Notes under the pieces: model-generated
Seen by the model: the letters and a program-made list of their open reading frames with translations, nothing else
What the model was told of the DNA's origin: nothing
The model's database searches: none
Made by a program: the position numbers and the translations under genes
Shown: positions 7,173 through 16,490 of the stretch, one piece after another
How the letters are laid out: each line of letters starts with the position of its first letter
Numbering within the stretch: position 1 is the stretch's first letter
Virus record (IMG/VR): IMGVR_UViG_3300037484_000744
Coordinates: 1-49,232 of that record
Length of the DNA stretch: 49,232 bases
From: a virus
Strand: one strand, 5' to 3'

Positions 7173-8846
7173 ATGACCCTTGCCAAGGCCCTAGCCACGC
7201 GCGCGGACAGCTGGATCAACGCCATCACCGGAATGGGTGGCACGCGAGACAAGACCACTTACGGGGCGTTCGGGTGCGTGCGGCGACTCTCGGACCAGGA
7301 GTGCGCCAACATGTTCGCGGGCGAAGATCTCTCTGCGCGCATTTGCGATCTGTACCCACGCGAGGCCATGCGCGAAAGCTTCGAGCTCGGTGGCGTGAAC
7401 CCGGACGACGAGCACAAGGTGCGTCAGTTCTTGGAAGGGTGGGACGTGAACGGCACCATGGTGCGCGGTCTGATCTGGGGTCGCGTGTTCGGTGGCTCTG
7501 CGGCGTGGTGCGCCGCGGCAAACGCAGCGGATAACGCAAAGCCTTACCGCGAAGGCGAGCCGATCGGTTTCGTGCGCGTGCTGGACAAGCGCCATCTAAC
7601 ACCCACGGGCACGGACCTGGACGCGTATGGGCGCCCGACCGTGTACAACTTGCACAAGCCAGAGGGCACCGACCACATCATCGGGCAGGTGCACGCGTCG
7701 CGCCTGGTTGTTTTCCCGGGCGTGCTCACGGACGACCAAGCGCGCGCAGCAAACAACTACTGGGATTATTCTGCGCTGCAGCGGCCTTTTGCTGCGCTGC
7801 GTTCGGAGGGCACCATCTGGAACGCCGCAGAGCAACTCATCACGGAGGCGTCGATCGGCGTCATCAAGATCAAAAACCTGCACGCCATGGTGGCCGCGAA
7901 GCAGAAGGACCGGCTGATCGATCGCCTGCAAACGCTGGCGCTCGGCCGCAGCATCGCCAAACACATGACGCTCGACGCGGATAAGGAGGACTACTCCCGC
8001 GTAAACACCACGTTTGCCGGCGTCGCTGATTTGACGGACCGCAGCATCAAGCGCATCGCTATGGCGTCCGAGATCCCGGTGACGGTTCTCATGGGCGAAG
8101 CGCCCGCCGGGCTCAACGCGACAGGCGATTCGGACTTGCGTTGGTTCCTCATGCGCGTGCACGCGTACCAGGTATCCATCGTGCAAGCTCGACTTCTAAA
8201 GCTTGTGACGATGCTGTTGCGTCAGCCCGGCGCGCCTACGGTGGACTTCGAAAAATTGTGTGTCATTTGGCCGGACCTGTGGACGCCGAGTGCCAAGGAG
8301 CGCGCAGACCTGTACCTGGCCACAGCTAACGGGGATGCGGTGTACATCGATCGTCAGGTCGTTACGCCGGAGGAAATCGCGCTTTCTCGGTTCGGCTCGG
8401 ATGGGTACTCGCAAGAGACGCAGATCAGCCGCGAACTGCGCGAGCCGGACCCGGACGGTCTGCCCGAACTGACAGCGGGGGTGCCCGCCGCAGTAGGCGC
8501 AGCGCCCGCACCCGGCAGCGATGCAGGCGCGCCCGCAACGGAAGACGTGCAGAAGACAGCACTCAACGGCGCGCAGGTGGCCAGCTTGGTGGACGTTGTC
8601 AAGGCGGTGGTTGCGGAAGAAATCCCCCGCGATGCTGCGGTGGAAATCGTCGCGCTCGCGTACCAAGTAACTACGGCAGAAGCCAACCGGCTACTCGGTT
8701 CTGCGGGCAAAGGGTTCGTGGGCAAGGCGCCGGAACCGGCGCCCGTGTTCGGCGCGCCCCGGCCCCCGCCTGAGACCGAACCAGAAGAGCCCGCCGCACC
8801 GCCCGTGCCCAAGAAAAAGAAGACACCGCCCCCGGCGGAGGAATAG
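7173..8846 (+). CDS. Portal protein (DUF1073-type) with a Pro/Ala/Lys-rich C-terminal tail
   Basis: N-terminal SWINAITGMGGTRDKT signature; 557 aa; lies immediately after TerL. Confidence 0.85.
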   Translation: MTLAKALATRADSWINAITGMGGTRDKTTYGAFGCVRRLSDQECANMFAGEDLSARICDLYPREAMRESFELGGVNPDDEHKVRQFLEGWDVNGTMVRGLIWGRVFGGSAAWCAAANAADNAKPYREGEPIGFVRVLDKRHLTPTGTDLDAYGRPTVYNLHKPEGTDHIIGQVHASRLVVFPGVLTDDQARAANNYWDYSALQRPFAALRSEGTIWNAAEQLITEASIGVIKIKNLHAMVAAKQKDRLIDRLQTLALGRSIAKHMTLDADKEDYSRVNTTFAGVADLTDRSIKRIAMASEIPVTVLMGEAPAGLNATGDSDLRWFLMRVHAYQVSIVQARLLKLVTMLLRQPGAPTVDFEKLCVIWPDLWTPSAKERADLYLATANGDAVYIDRQVVTPEEIALSRFGSDGYSQETQISRELREPDPDGLPELTAGVPAAVGAAPAPGSDAGAPATEDVQKTALNGAQVASLVDVVKAVVAEEIPRDAAVEIVALAYQVTTAEANRLLGSAGKGFVGKAPEPAPVFGAPRPPPETEPEEPAAPPVPKKKKTPPPAEE

Positions 8847-8849
8847 CGC

Positions 8850-10019
8850 GTGGCCCTCGGCAAGCTAGCGGCGCAGCTCGAACTCCGCAAAGCGATCATG
8901 CGCGGCGCACGCCCCCCGCGCGCGGGCGTGGCCGCGGTGCGCCCGCCGGGCGCGCGCTTGTTCGAACGTGAGTACGAACGCCGCATGCTCGCCATGTGGG
9001 CGACGTTCCGCGAGCACGTGCACCGCGCCGCGCGGCAGGACCTGCGCTCGGACTCCACGGACTCTGACCTTCGGGATATCCTGCGCGTGCTGATGCGCGC
9101 AAGCGGCGTGCTGAATTGGCTAGACGGCAAAGCCGCGCAGACGCTGGACACGCAAGCGCGCTATGTGGAGCGAGTCACGCGCATCCCGCCCGCGGGCGCC
9201 CGCGCGGGAAGGCAAGCAGCAATCGAAGCTTTCCGAGAGGAGAACGCGCGCCTTATAACCCGCATGGGTGACGATCAGATTTCCCAGGTGATGGATCTGC
9301 TGCGCCCCGCGCAAGCAGTTGGCCAGCGGTGGGAGGAGTTGGCGCCGCAGATAGACAAGCGCCTGAACGTGGGTGCGTCGCGCGCCAAACTCATCGCGCG
9401 CGACCAGACGAACAAGTTCAACGGCAGCATGCAGCGCCTCACGCAAGAGGCGAGTGGCATCACCAAGTACCGGTGGAGCACGTCGCGTGATTTCGCGGTG
9501 CGCGGGCGCCCCGGTGGTGAGTACCCCACGGGGGAGGATCATTGGGTTTTAGAAGGGCAGGTCTTCACATGGGCTAACCCACCTTTAATTCCGGGCACAA
9601 GCGAACGCGCGCACCCGGGGCAACGCCCGCAGTGCCGCTGCGTGGCCACACCCGTGGTGGACTTTTTCGAGTCGTCCGGCGCGCCGCAGCGGACCATTTC
9701 CGTACCCGCGCCTACGCCTGTGGTTGAGGAGCCGCGCGTGGCAGAGTTACCTTCGCCCATTCCGCAGGACCTAACCAAGGGCGGCAAGCTACCTCTGCGC
9801 GCCACCAGCTTCGCGCACCTACGCGGGGGCGGCGCAGTCACGCAGGCGCTGCCAGTGTCGATCGCGGTGTACCCAGACGGCACGGTGTTCCCGCGTGACG
9901 GTCGACACCGCATCACGCTTGCGCGAGAGCGTGGCCAAAAGTTCATCGAAGGCGATGTGATTCGCGTGGGCAAACGCGGCGGGGAAAAAGTTGAGAAGAA
10001 AGTACGCATCCCGATATGA
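8850..10019 (+). CDS. MuF/SPP1 gp7-like minor head protein fused to a C-terminal ParB/sulfiredoxin-like domain
   Basis: MuF core ARDQTNKFNG...ITKYRWSTSRDFAVR...HPGQRPQCRCV; C-terminal PVSIAVYPDGTVFPRDGRHRITLARERG resembles the ParB N-terminal domain. Confidence 0.8.
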   Translation: MALGKLAAQLELRKAIMRGARPPRAGVAAVRPPGARLFEREYERRMLAMWATFREHVHRAARQDLRSDSTDSDLRDILRVLMRASGVLNWLDGKAAQTLDTQARYVERVTRIPPAGARAGRQAAIEAFREENARLITRMGDDQISQVMDLLRPAQAVGQRWEELAPQIDKRLNVGASRAKLIARDQTNKFNGSMQRLTQEASGITKYRWSTSRDFAVRGRPGGEYPTGEDHWVLEGQVFTWANPPLIPGTSERAHPGQRPQCRCVATPVVDFFESSGAPQRTISVPAPTPVVEEPRVAELPSPIPQDLTKGGKLPLRATSFAHLRGGGAVTQALPVSIAVYPDGTVFPRDGRHRITLARERGQKFIEGDVIRVGKRGGEKVEKKVRIPI

Positions 10020-10450
10020 CCGCGGACCGCTCACCCCTCGGGTATGCGCAGCACGAAGCCGCGCACGTAGTGGTAGGCGTGGCGGTCGGGTTGCGCTTGC
10101 GGCGCGCCACGCTGCAGCGTCACCAGGACTACGGCGCGTATGCCGAGTTCTGGGAAGGCGCGCGTGAGGGCATGCTGCTTATGTTCGCGGCGGGTGTAGC
10201 GTGGGAGCGCAGGTGCGGGGACCTGGGTGACGCGCGCTTTGACCTGCAGGAGATCCGCCGGATGCGGGTGAAAGGCAACGCACGCATCCGCGCCCTAGAG
10301 GTGGGGGCGTGGGCCATCCTGGCGGGGCGTGCGGGGGCACACGCGCGCGTGACGCGGGCGTTACTGGAGGGGGACCTCACGGCCCGGGAAATCGCACGGA
10401 TGGTGCGGGGTGCGCACCCGCACGCACACATTTTGGGGGACCCCTTTTGA
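10016..10450 (+). CDS. Small HEXXH metallopeptidase-like protein (FtsH/M41 peptidase-domain-like)
   Basis: ATGA-coupled to the MuF gene; HEAAH at residues 13-17, followed by ...AAGVAWERRCGDLGDARFDL, which resembles the M41 core. Confidence 0.55.
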   Translation: MTADRSPLGYAQHEAAHVVVGVAVGLRLRRATLQRHQDYGAYAEFWEGAREGMLLMFAAGVAWERRCGDLGDARFDLQEIRRMRVKGNARIRALEVGAWAILAGRAGAHARVTRALLEGDLTAREIARMVRGAHPHAHILGDPF

Positions 10451-10486
10451 CAAGCGCCGATTGCCCCGTATAACAGGAAGAGACCA

Positions 10487-10657
10487 ATGCAAACCATGCC
10501 GCCTTGTGCCGACACCGAGACCAAGCAAGCCGAGTTCGTTGCCCAGCTGAAAGCGAACCCCAACTATCGCCGCACCAACAGCGGCGTCATCACAGCGTGC
10601 GCCACGTGCGCCGCTGTGAACGGCGGCAAGGCTTGGCTAGAAGGGCAGAAGCCGTGA
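10487..10657 (+). CDS. Hypothetical 56-aa Cys-containing protein
   Basis: Below the track cutoff; RBS AGGAAGAGACC precedes the ATG; MQTMPPCADTETKQ...ACATCAAVNGGKAWLEGQKP. Confidence 0.4.
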   Translation: MQTMPPCADTETKQAEFVAQLKANPNYRRTNSGVITACATCAAVNGGKAWLEGQKP

Positions 10658-10749
10658 CCGACCGTCGGCATACAGCCATGTTCGCGATCGCTGTTTCGTT
10701 TGCAGCGGGCACCGCCGGTTGGGTGGCGCTGTGGCTGGTGCTGTCATGA
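10654..10749 (+). CDS. Possible 31-aa single-TM peptide
   Basis: GTGA overlap at its start and ATGA overlap at its end; hydrophobic FAIAVSFAAGTAGWVALWLVL. Confidence 0.3.
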   Translation: MTDRRHTAMFAIAVSFAAGTAGWVALWLVLS

Positions 10750-11579
10750 GCACGGTGGAGTGGCACTGCGCCGAGTGTGGGTACGCCGAGCGCTGCGCTA
10801 CGCCAGACTACGCTATTGGCGAGTGGGAGCCGTGCCCCAAGTGCTCTGGCCTCGCGCGCGTGCGCGCCGTGCGCGGGCGCAGGCCGCGCGCGTTTTGGGC
10901 GCTGGCGGTTACGCTGCTGGCGCTGGTCGGGTGCAGCGCTGCCCCGGGCGCGCACCGTCTGGAAGCGCAGGCGGTAATTGTCGAGGCGCCCACGGATGAC
11001 TCAGACCACGTCTTCCTCACCGCGCCGATCGACACCCGCGCCGTGGTAGTGCTGATCAGCGGGTACCAGCGCAAGTGCACCGGCGTGGCGGTGACGCCGT
11101 GGCACATCTACACGGCTGACCATTGCCTGCAGGATGCGGACGCGGTTGGTGTTCAGTCGACGCTACGATTTGTAACGGCGCAGCACTGGGCAGACCGCGG
11201 TGGGACGCTCGCGGCCAACGAGCCGCACACAACCACCGTGATCGCGCGTGACGCTGGGATGGATCGCGCGCTCCTGCAGTCGAGTGTCGAGCTCGAAGCT
11301 TTCCTAGACATTGCGCCGGTGCATCGCGACGAGTGGGTGTGGACCGTGGTGCAGCGCGACGCGAGGTGGGAGGCGCTATTGGACACGAGCGGGGAGCCCG
11401 GCAAGTTCGCTGCGAACGTACCTATCGACCACGGGGACAGCGGCGCACCGGTGATCAACGTGTATGGCCAGCTTGTCGGGATAACAACCAACTGCCTCAA
11501 CGATCACGAGATCGACAATCCGGCTACCAACTGCGACGGCGGCGGCAGGTGGCGCCCGTTCGCGATGTGGTATCAGTGA
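10746..11579 (+). CDS. Trypsin-like (S1) serine protease with an N-terminal zinc ribbon and a lipoprotein-type signal (LVGC)
   Basis: Catalytic motifs TADHC (His126), DRALL (Asp173) and GDSGAP (Ser232). The signal is RRPRAFWALAVTLLALVGC. The N-terminus has CAEC...CPKC. An internal GTG start just before the signal peptide is also possible. Confidence 0.75.
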   Translation: MSTVEWHCAECGYAERCATPDYAIGEWEPCPKCSGLARVRAVRGRRPRAFWALAVTLLALVGCSAAPGAHRLEAQAVIVEAPTDDSDHVFLTAPIDTRAVVVLISGYQRKCTGVAVTPWHIYTADHCLQDADAVGVQSTLRFVTAQHWADRGGTLAANEPHTTTVIARDAGMDRALLQSSVELEAFLDIAPVHRDEWVWTVVQRDARWEALLDTSGEPGKFAANVPIDHGDSGAPVINVYGQLVGITTNCLNDHEIDNPATNCDGGGRWRPFAMWYQ

Positions 11580-11776
11580 TGTACGGGTCGCGCAGAGAGG
11601 GCCGGCGAGTCCGCGCGCCCAAGCGGTGGACGCTGGAGTCTGCGTACGAGTTCGCTGGCCACGAGGTTAAGCGCATCGGGCGTCAGACATCGAACGGTGT
11701 TGACGTTCCGCCGCACGTGGCTGGTCGCCTCGTTACGTGGGCGCACGAGCGCGCCGCCGGTTTGCGGCAGAAATAA
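11579..11776 (+). CDS. Hypothetical basic protein (65 aa)
   Basis: TGATG coupling to the protease gene. Confidence 0.45.
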   Translation: MYGSRREGRRVRAPKRWTLESAYEFAGHEVKRIGRQTSNGVDVPPHVAGRLVTWAHERAAGLRQK

Positions 11777-11820
11777 AGCGCGTTCGTAGGGCGCGGATGC
11801 GTGCGTGCTAAGTTCAGCAC

Positions 11821-12915
11821 GTGCCTCAGAGATTCGATGCCGTGCAGATTTCGCGGGTAGAACGCACGCCCCTTGGTGGCCTGCGCATTCCCGCGATCCC
11901 GACGCGCGCCGGGGTGTACAAGTACACCGAGGTGGGCCCGGACGGCGCGTCCCGCGTGGTGTCCGAGTACCGCCCGCCGGAGGAAGTGGCGCGGGCCGAC
12001 TCGCTCGCGACGCTGGAAGACGTGCCGGTTACCATAGGTCATCCACCCGGTGGCGTTACCCCCGGCAACGCGCAGCGGCTCTCGGTCGGCCACGTGCGCG
12101 CCGCATCCGTGTCAGCCACACCCGCGGGTGACGTGAGTGCCACGCTGATTGTGAATGCGCGGGAAGCCGTGGACCGCGTGGACAGCAAGGACCTGTGCCG
12201 GCTGTCCAGCTCGTACGCAATGGTCATTGACCCCACGCCCGGCGTCACGCCGGACGGCCAGCGGTACGACCGCATTCAGCGCAACATCGTGTACAACCAC
12301 GTCGCACTTCTCAAGCCGGGGCAGGAACGGATCGCCGGGTGCGAGCTGCGCCTGGACTCGGCAGGCGAGCAGATTTTCCCCGAAGCATCAGAAGAAAGAC
12401 CCCCAGCCATGAAGATCAAAGTCAAGCGGGCCGATGGCGCCGTGGTCGAGGTGGAGAAAAACTCCGACGAGCACGTTGCCATTCTGGAAGCCAACGAAGC
12501 GGCGGCGCGCACCCGCGCGGACGCGGCGGACGCGGCGCAGGCGCAGGCGGACGCGGCGCGAGCCGAGCAGAACCGCGCAGCCCTCGTGACGCGCGCCAAG
12601 GCGCTTGGCGTTTCGGTGACGCGCAAGGACGCGGCCGGCGCCGAGGTGCAGCTTTCCGACCGAGAGATCAAAGTGGCCGCAATCAAGCGCACGGACTCTA
12701 GCTTCGATGACGCCGGACGCTCGGACGCGTACATCGACGGCCGATTCGATATGGTCAAGCCCGCCACCGCTGCCGCGCCCGAGGCTCCCCCGGCGGACCC
12801 CATCACCCGCGCGCTCGACGGCGCGCCCCCGGCCGCGGCTCGCGCGGACGCTGCTGACCCGCTCGTCCGGGTCAAAGAGATCCTCAGCAAGTGCCCGGGC
12901 GCTTGCCCGCTGTAA
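11821..12915 (+). CDS. DUF2213-type head scaffold / prohead protease-like protein
   Basis: N-terminal RTPLGGLRIPAIPTRAGVYKY...VTIGHP pattern; Ala/Asp/Gln-rich coiled-coil C-terminal half; sits between the portal/MuF genes and the capsid gene. Confidence 0.65.
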   Translation: MPQRFDAVQISRVERTPLGGLRIPAIPTRAGVYKYTEVGPDGASRVVSEYRPPEEVARADSLATLEDVPVTIGHPPGGVTPGNAQRLSVGHVRAASVSATPAGDVSATLIVNAREAVDRVDSKDLCRLSSSYAMVIDPTPGVTPDGQRYDRIQRNIVYNHVALLKPGQERIAGCELRLDSAGEQIFPEASEERPPAMKIKVKRADGAVVEVEKNSDEHVAILEANEAAARTRADAADAAQAQADAARAEQNRAALVTRAKALGVSVTRKDAAGAEVQLSDREIKVAAIKRTDSSFDDAGRSDAYIDGRFDMVKPATAAAPEAPPADPITRALDGAPPAAARADAADPLVRVKEILSKCPGACPL

Positions 12916-12930
12916 TACGAAGGACACGCC

Positions 12931-13416
12931 ATGCAAACGACTCAGCTCGCAGTTTACCCCGCCGCCCGCGCAGGCATGCTGCACGGCGATCAGCACCTCG
13001 CGACCATTCAAGGCGACAAGGTCGCGGAAGTCGCGATCGAACCCGGCCTTTTCGTCTGCCAAGGAACGGCGGCCGACGAGTGCAAGCTTCCCACCGCGAC
13101 TGGTGAGGTGACCGCGACCGGCCTCGGCTTCGCCTTGCTGCAGATGCACAAGGGCGCCAACGGCAGCGCGAATCACTACGCGATCGGCGACGCGGTCGCC
13201 ATCGTGAACCGAAGCCGCGGCTTCTACGCCATCGCTGGGGAGAACCTGGCGAAGCATGATCCGGTGTTCGTGGTGTTCGGCGCGACCGGCCGCGGCCGGG
13301 TGCGCAACGACGCCAGCTCCGGCGCAACGGAAGCCGTGCAGCTCCCCGGTGTGCGCGTGGCGGAAGCCGCGTCGTCCGGCGAAGCCGTCCTCATCGAACC
13401 CCTGCCTTTCGCGTAA
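12931..13416 (+). CDS. Head decoration/cement-like protein (DUF2190-like)
   Basis: 161-aa beta-rich protein immediately upstream of the capsid gene; the call rests on synteny and weak motif memory. Confidence 0.45.
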   Translation: MQTTQLAVYPAARAGMLHGDQHLATIQGDKVAEVAIEPGLFVCQGTAADECKLPTATGEVTATGLGFALLQMHKGANGSANHYAIGDAVAIVNRSRGFYAIAGENLAKHDPVFVVFGATGRGRVRNDASSGATEAVQLPGVRVAEAASSGEAVLIEPLPFA

Positions 13417-13430
13417 TCCCGGAGTCAGCC

Positions 13431-14432
13431 ATGCTTCAGTTTCAGAATAACCCCGCTCTCCTCACCTCGTTGGCGGCCGTCCTCGTGGCGGCGGGCGTGG
13501 TCGACCCCGCTAAGCCGGTGCGCCAAGACGCAGCGGCCGATACCCTGTACCTCGCGCGCGAACTCGAGTTCGTTTCGGCGCAGTCGTACGAGGTGTTGGT
13601 CGACCCGATCAAGGGCCGGCAATTCGTCCCGTTCTCCTGGATCGTGCCCGATGGCGCTGAGACGTACGGCTACGACATGTACGATGGTTTCGCGAGTGCG
13701 GCCTGGATCACGGACGGTGCAAGCGCAGTCGGGAACGCGGACGCGTTCAAGACCCGCACGAGCCGCAAGACGTACATGTTCGGCAGCTCGTACAAGTACA
13801 ACATTCAGGAGCTCGCCGCGGCGCAGATGGCTGGCGGTCGCCCGCTGGACCGGGAGCGCGCGCGGTTCTGCCGCATCGGTCACGAACAGTTCCTCGAGAC
13901 GCTGATCGCGGAAGGCGACACGGAGCGCAGCATCGAAGGCCTCACCAACAGCACGACCATTCCGGACGTGGCGCCGGTGGTTGGCACGTGGGACGCCAGC
14001 ACCAGCACCACGGACCTCATGAAGGACCTGGACGCGCTGGTTCAGGCGCCTGAGCAGACTTCGAAGCAGAACTTCAAGGCCGACACCTTGATCCTCCCAC
14101 TGTCCGTCAAGCCACTGCTCCGGCAGATCTTCTCCACCACGGACCCCCGCACGGTGGAAAAGGTTTGGCTCGCGAACCAAGACGCCGATGGCGTCAAGGT
14201 GATCGAGTACTGGAACAAGCTGGACGACGCCTCGGCGCTCAGTGGACCGAAGGGCCTCGCGTTCAAGAAGTCCAACATGGTGTTCGAGTTCCTTGGCTCG
14301 TACGATTTCCGTGAGCTGCCACCGCAGCAGAGCGGTTTCTGGTTCCAGATCTTGACCTACGCCAACGTGGTTGGGCTCTGCTTCCGGTACCCCCTGGCCA
14401 TGGCCCAGATGGATCTGGACGCGTCCCCGTAA
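13431..14432 (+). CDS. Major capsid protein (DUF2184-type, HK97 fold)
   Basis: 333 aa; N-terminal LTSLAA...LYLARELEF pattern; canonical synteny DUF1073 portal - DUF2213 - DUF2184. Confidence 0.8.
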   Translation: MLQFQNNPALLTSLAAVLVAAGVVDPAKPVRQDAAADTLYLARELEFVSAQSYEVLVDPIKGRQFVPFSWIVPDGAETYGYDMYDGFASAAWITDGASAVGNADAFKTRTSRKTYMFGSSYKYNIQELAAAQMAGGRPLDRERARFCRIGHEQFLETLIAEGDTERSIEGLTNSTTIPDVAPVVGTWDASTSTTDLMKDLDALVQAPEQTSKQNFKADTLILPLSVKPLLRQIFSTTDPRTVEKVWLANQDADGVKVIEYWNKLDDASALSGPKGLAFKKSNMVFEFLGSYDFRELPPQQSGFWFQILTYANVVGLCFRYPLAMAQMDLDASP

Positions 14433-14452
14433 CAAGGACGCACGGAGGCCCC

Positions 14453-14737
14453 ATGAAGGACTCGCACAAGGACGCTGCGCCGGGTAACTCCGGCGCGGCG
14501 ATGACGCCGCCCGCGCCCGCAGCAGACGAGAAGCCGGTCGTATACCTGCTTCTCAAAGCGACCAAGCTCGCGCGCTTCACGCTCTCTTGCCGATCCAAGA
14601 AAGGCAAATGCACCGTGAGCATTGCGTTCCCGGTGAAGCACCGGCGCCTCACCCTCAAGCCGAAACAGGCCAAGGCGTTCGCTGCGGACCTCGCGGCGTA
14701 CGTGAAAGCCGGCACCCTCAAGAAGCTCGACGCGTGA
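14453..14737 (+). CDS. Hypothetical Lys-rich protein (94 aa)
   Basis: GGAGG-type RBS precedes the ATG; structural-module position. Confidence 0.55.
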   Translation: MKDSHKDAAPGNSGAAMTPPAPAADEKPVVYLLLKATKLARFTLSCRSKKGKCTVSIAFPVKHRRLTLKPKQAKAFAADLAAYVKAGTLKKLDA

Positions 14738-14754
14738 CCTGAGAAGGAGACCCC

Positions 14755-15039
14755 ATGTTCGCAACCGTCCACAACGTTTCCCCCAACCTGCTGATCTTGC
14801 GTCACGCTGGTGAGGTGCTGCCTCTCCCGGGCCGCTCCGCCAAGCACCCGAGCGGTGGCCTACTCGAGTTCCAAACTCGAGAGGAGTTCGAGCCGTGGGT
14901 AAAGGACCTCGGTTTCTTCGCGCGCACGCGCAAGGTGCGCGTCATGCAGGACGACGGCACGTGGGCCGAGGGTGAGCAGGCACGCAGCTACATGCACGCG
15001 CTAGTCCCCAAGAAGCCCAAGAAGGCCTCGAAGGAGTAG
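14755..15039 (+). CDS. Hypothetical protein (94 aa)
   Basis: RBS AAGGAGACC precedes the ATG. Confidence 0.6.
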   Translation: MFATVHNVSPNLLILRHAGEVLPLPGRSAKHPSGGLLEFQTREEFEPWVKDLGFFARTRKVRVMQDDGTWAEGEQARSYMHALVPKKPKKASKE

Positions 15040-15040
15040 C

Positions 15041-15322
15041 ATGCTGGACCTGTCCGCATTCAGGGTCCTGCACCCCGAATTTGCGGCGGTGCAGGACGAC
15101 ACGATCGAAGCCAAGCTAGCCGCGGCGGAGTTGCGCACGGATGCCGAGGTGTTTGGAGACCTCACAGACGAGGCTCATGGGTGGCTGACGGCGCACCTGT
15201 TGGCAGCGTCCCCCGCTGGTCGGGAGGCGCTGCTTAAGGGCGGCAAGGAGGCGGGCGCGACGCGCTATTCCGCCGAACGCGATCGGCTCGAAAACATCTG
15301 CTGCAGCATGTGGGTGGAGTGA
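15041..15322 (+). CDS. Head-tail connector protein (DUF4054-like)
   Basis: FRVLHPEFAAV...WLTAHLLA pattern typical of DUF4054; position after the capsid gene. Confidence 0.6.
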   Translation: MLDLSAFRVLHPEFAAVQDDTIEAKLAAAELRTDAEVFGDLTDEAHGWLTAHLLAASPAGREALLKGGKEAGATRYSAERDRLENICCSMWVE

Positions 15323-15849
15323 TGGTGAAGGTCACTCAGCGTGACCGCGGCGCCAAGGCTATGCTGCGTGCGTTGGGCAAGAAGCAGCCAGCCGTGCGCG
15401 TGGGCGTGTTCGGCGACGCTGCCGCGCAGAAGCACAGCGACGGCGCCACCATGGGGGACCTCGCGACCGCGCATGAGTTTCAAATCCCCGGTGGCCAGGG
15501 ACGCCGCTGGTTGCGTACCACGTTGGAAGAGAACGCCGAACTGACGCGCACCGCCATGCGCCGCGCTGCGGAAGCGGTGTTGAAGGGTATGGATCCGGCG
15601 CAGGCTTTGGAACAGTTCGGCGCCGGTCTGGCAGGCCTGGCACAGGCGCGCATCGCGGCGGGCCTTAGCCCCGGTTTGGACCCCGCCTACCTCGAAAGAA
15701 AGCTTGCTAAATACCCCGGCGCCACCACGCCCCTGATTGCCTCCGGCGCATTCCGCGGAAGCATCACGCATGCGGTGGACGGGTTGCCGGAACAGCGCAG
15801 CGCGGGCGGCGGGGGCAAACGCAAAGCTAGCGGGAGCAAGCGCAAATGA
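15322..15849 (+). CDS. Neck / head-closure protein (HK97 gp10-like)
   Basis: TGATG-coupled start; AHEFQIPGGQGRRWLRTTLEE resembles the gp10-family core; synteny. Confidence 0.45.
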   Translation: MVKVTQRDRGAKAMLRALGKKQPAVRVGVFGDAAAQKHSDGATMGDLATAHEFQIPGGQGRRWLRTTLEENAELTRTAMRRAAEAVLKGMDPAQALEQFGAGLAGLAQARIAAGLSPGLDPAYLERKLAKYPGATTPLIASGAFRGSITHAVDGLPEQRSAGGGGKRKASGSKRK

Positions 15850-16433
15850 ACGTCGCGCAACTATCTCCGCTGCGCACCGGGCTTAACGCGCTCTTCGCGC
15901 GGCTGTCCGGGCTCCCAACATCCGTGACTAAACCGAAGTCGGCCGGCACTGTGTACGCCATGGGCCCGGACATGACGCGCCTCGTGTGGCAGGTCACGGA
16001 CATTGACTCAATCGGAATGGATGAGCTGCGCACGGAGTACGATCCGGATCTCGAGATCGAAGGCGACACCTACGAGCCCGATCCGGAAGACCCGGGGGCG
16101 CGGCTGGGCGGCGTGGTGTACACCGCGTGTGGACCGCGCAGCTACACGATCGAGTTGCGCGTCGAGTGCGAGAACCAAGACGTGGAGGCGCGCCCCTTCC
16201 TGCAGCGCGTACGAGACAAGATCTCGCTGCCGTCGGCGCAGCGCGAACTGTACGCGCTCGGCCTCGGGTTCCGCGAAGCGGGCCCTATCCTCGACGCAAG
16301 CTTTGATGACGATGACGGCCGCACCGTGTCCGTGTACGTGTGCGAACTTTTCTTCAACGCCGCGGCTTCGGTGGACGACGATCCGGTCACCACGATCGAA
16401 AGCATCCAACTCATAGAAGACCCCGTGACATAA
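15846..16433 (+). CDS. Neck / tail-terminator-like structural protein
   Basis: ATGA-coupled start; lies directly before the sheath gene; no motif recognised. Confidence 0.4.
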   Translation: MNVAQLSPLRTGLNALFARLSGLPTSVTKPKSAGTVYAMGPDMTRLVWQVTDIDSIGMDELRTEYDPDLEIEGDTYEPDPEDPGARLGGVVYTACGPRSYTIELRVECENQDVEARPFLQRVRDKISLPSAQRELYALGLGFREAGPILDASFDDDDGRTVSVYVCELFFNAAASVDDDPVTTIESIQLIEDPVT

Positions 16434-16490
16434 AGCCGAATCTGCCTAGTTCAAAGGGCCCCCGGGCCCGCGTGCTAACTTGGAGGAGCC

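Noticed and set aside
10016-10450. Reading the HEXXH protein as an immunity protein for the MuF C-terminal domain
   Set aside because: This is kept only as speculation inside the findings. The sequence itself supports only a metallopeptidase-like motif, not an immunity function.
16463-16478. GC-rich palindrome GGGCCCCCGGGCCC upstream of the sheath gene as a possible intrinsic terminator
   Set aside because: The loop is too small for a stable hairpin and there is no T-tract after it. It may be an RNA-stability or regulatory element, but I cannot support a terminator call.
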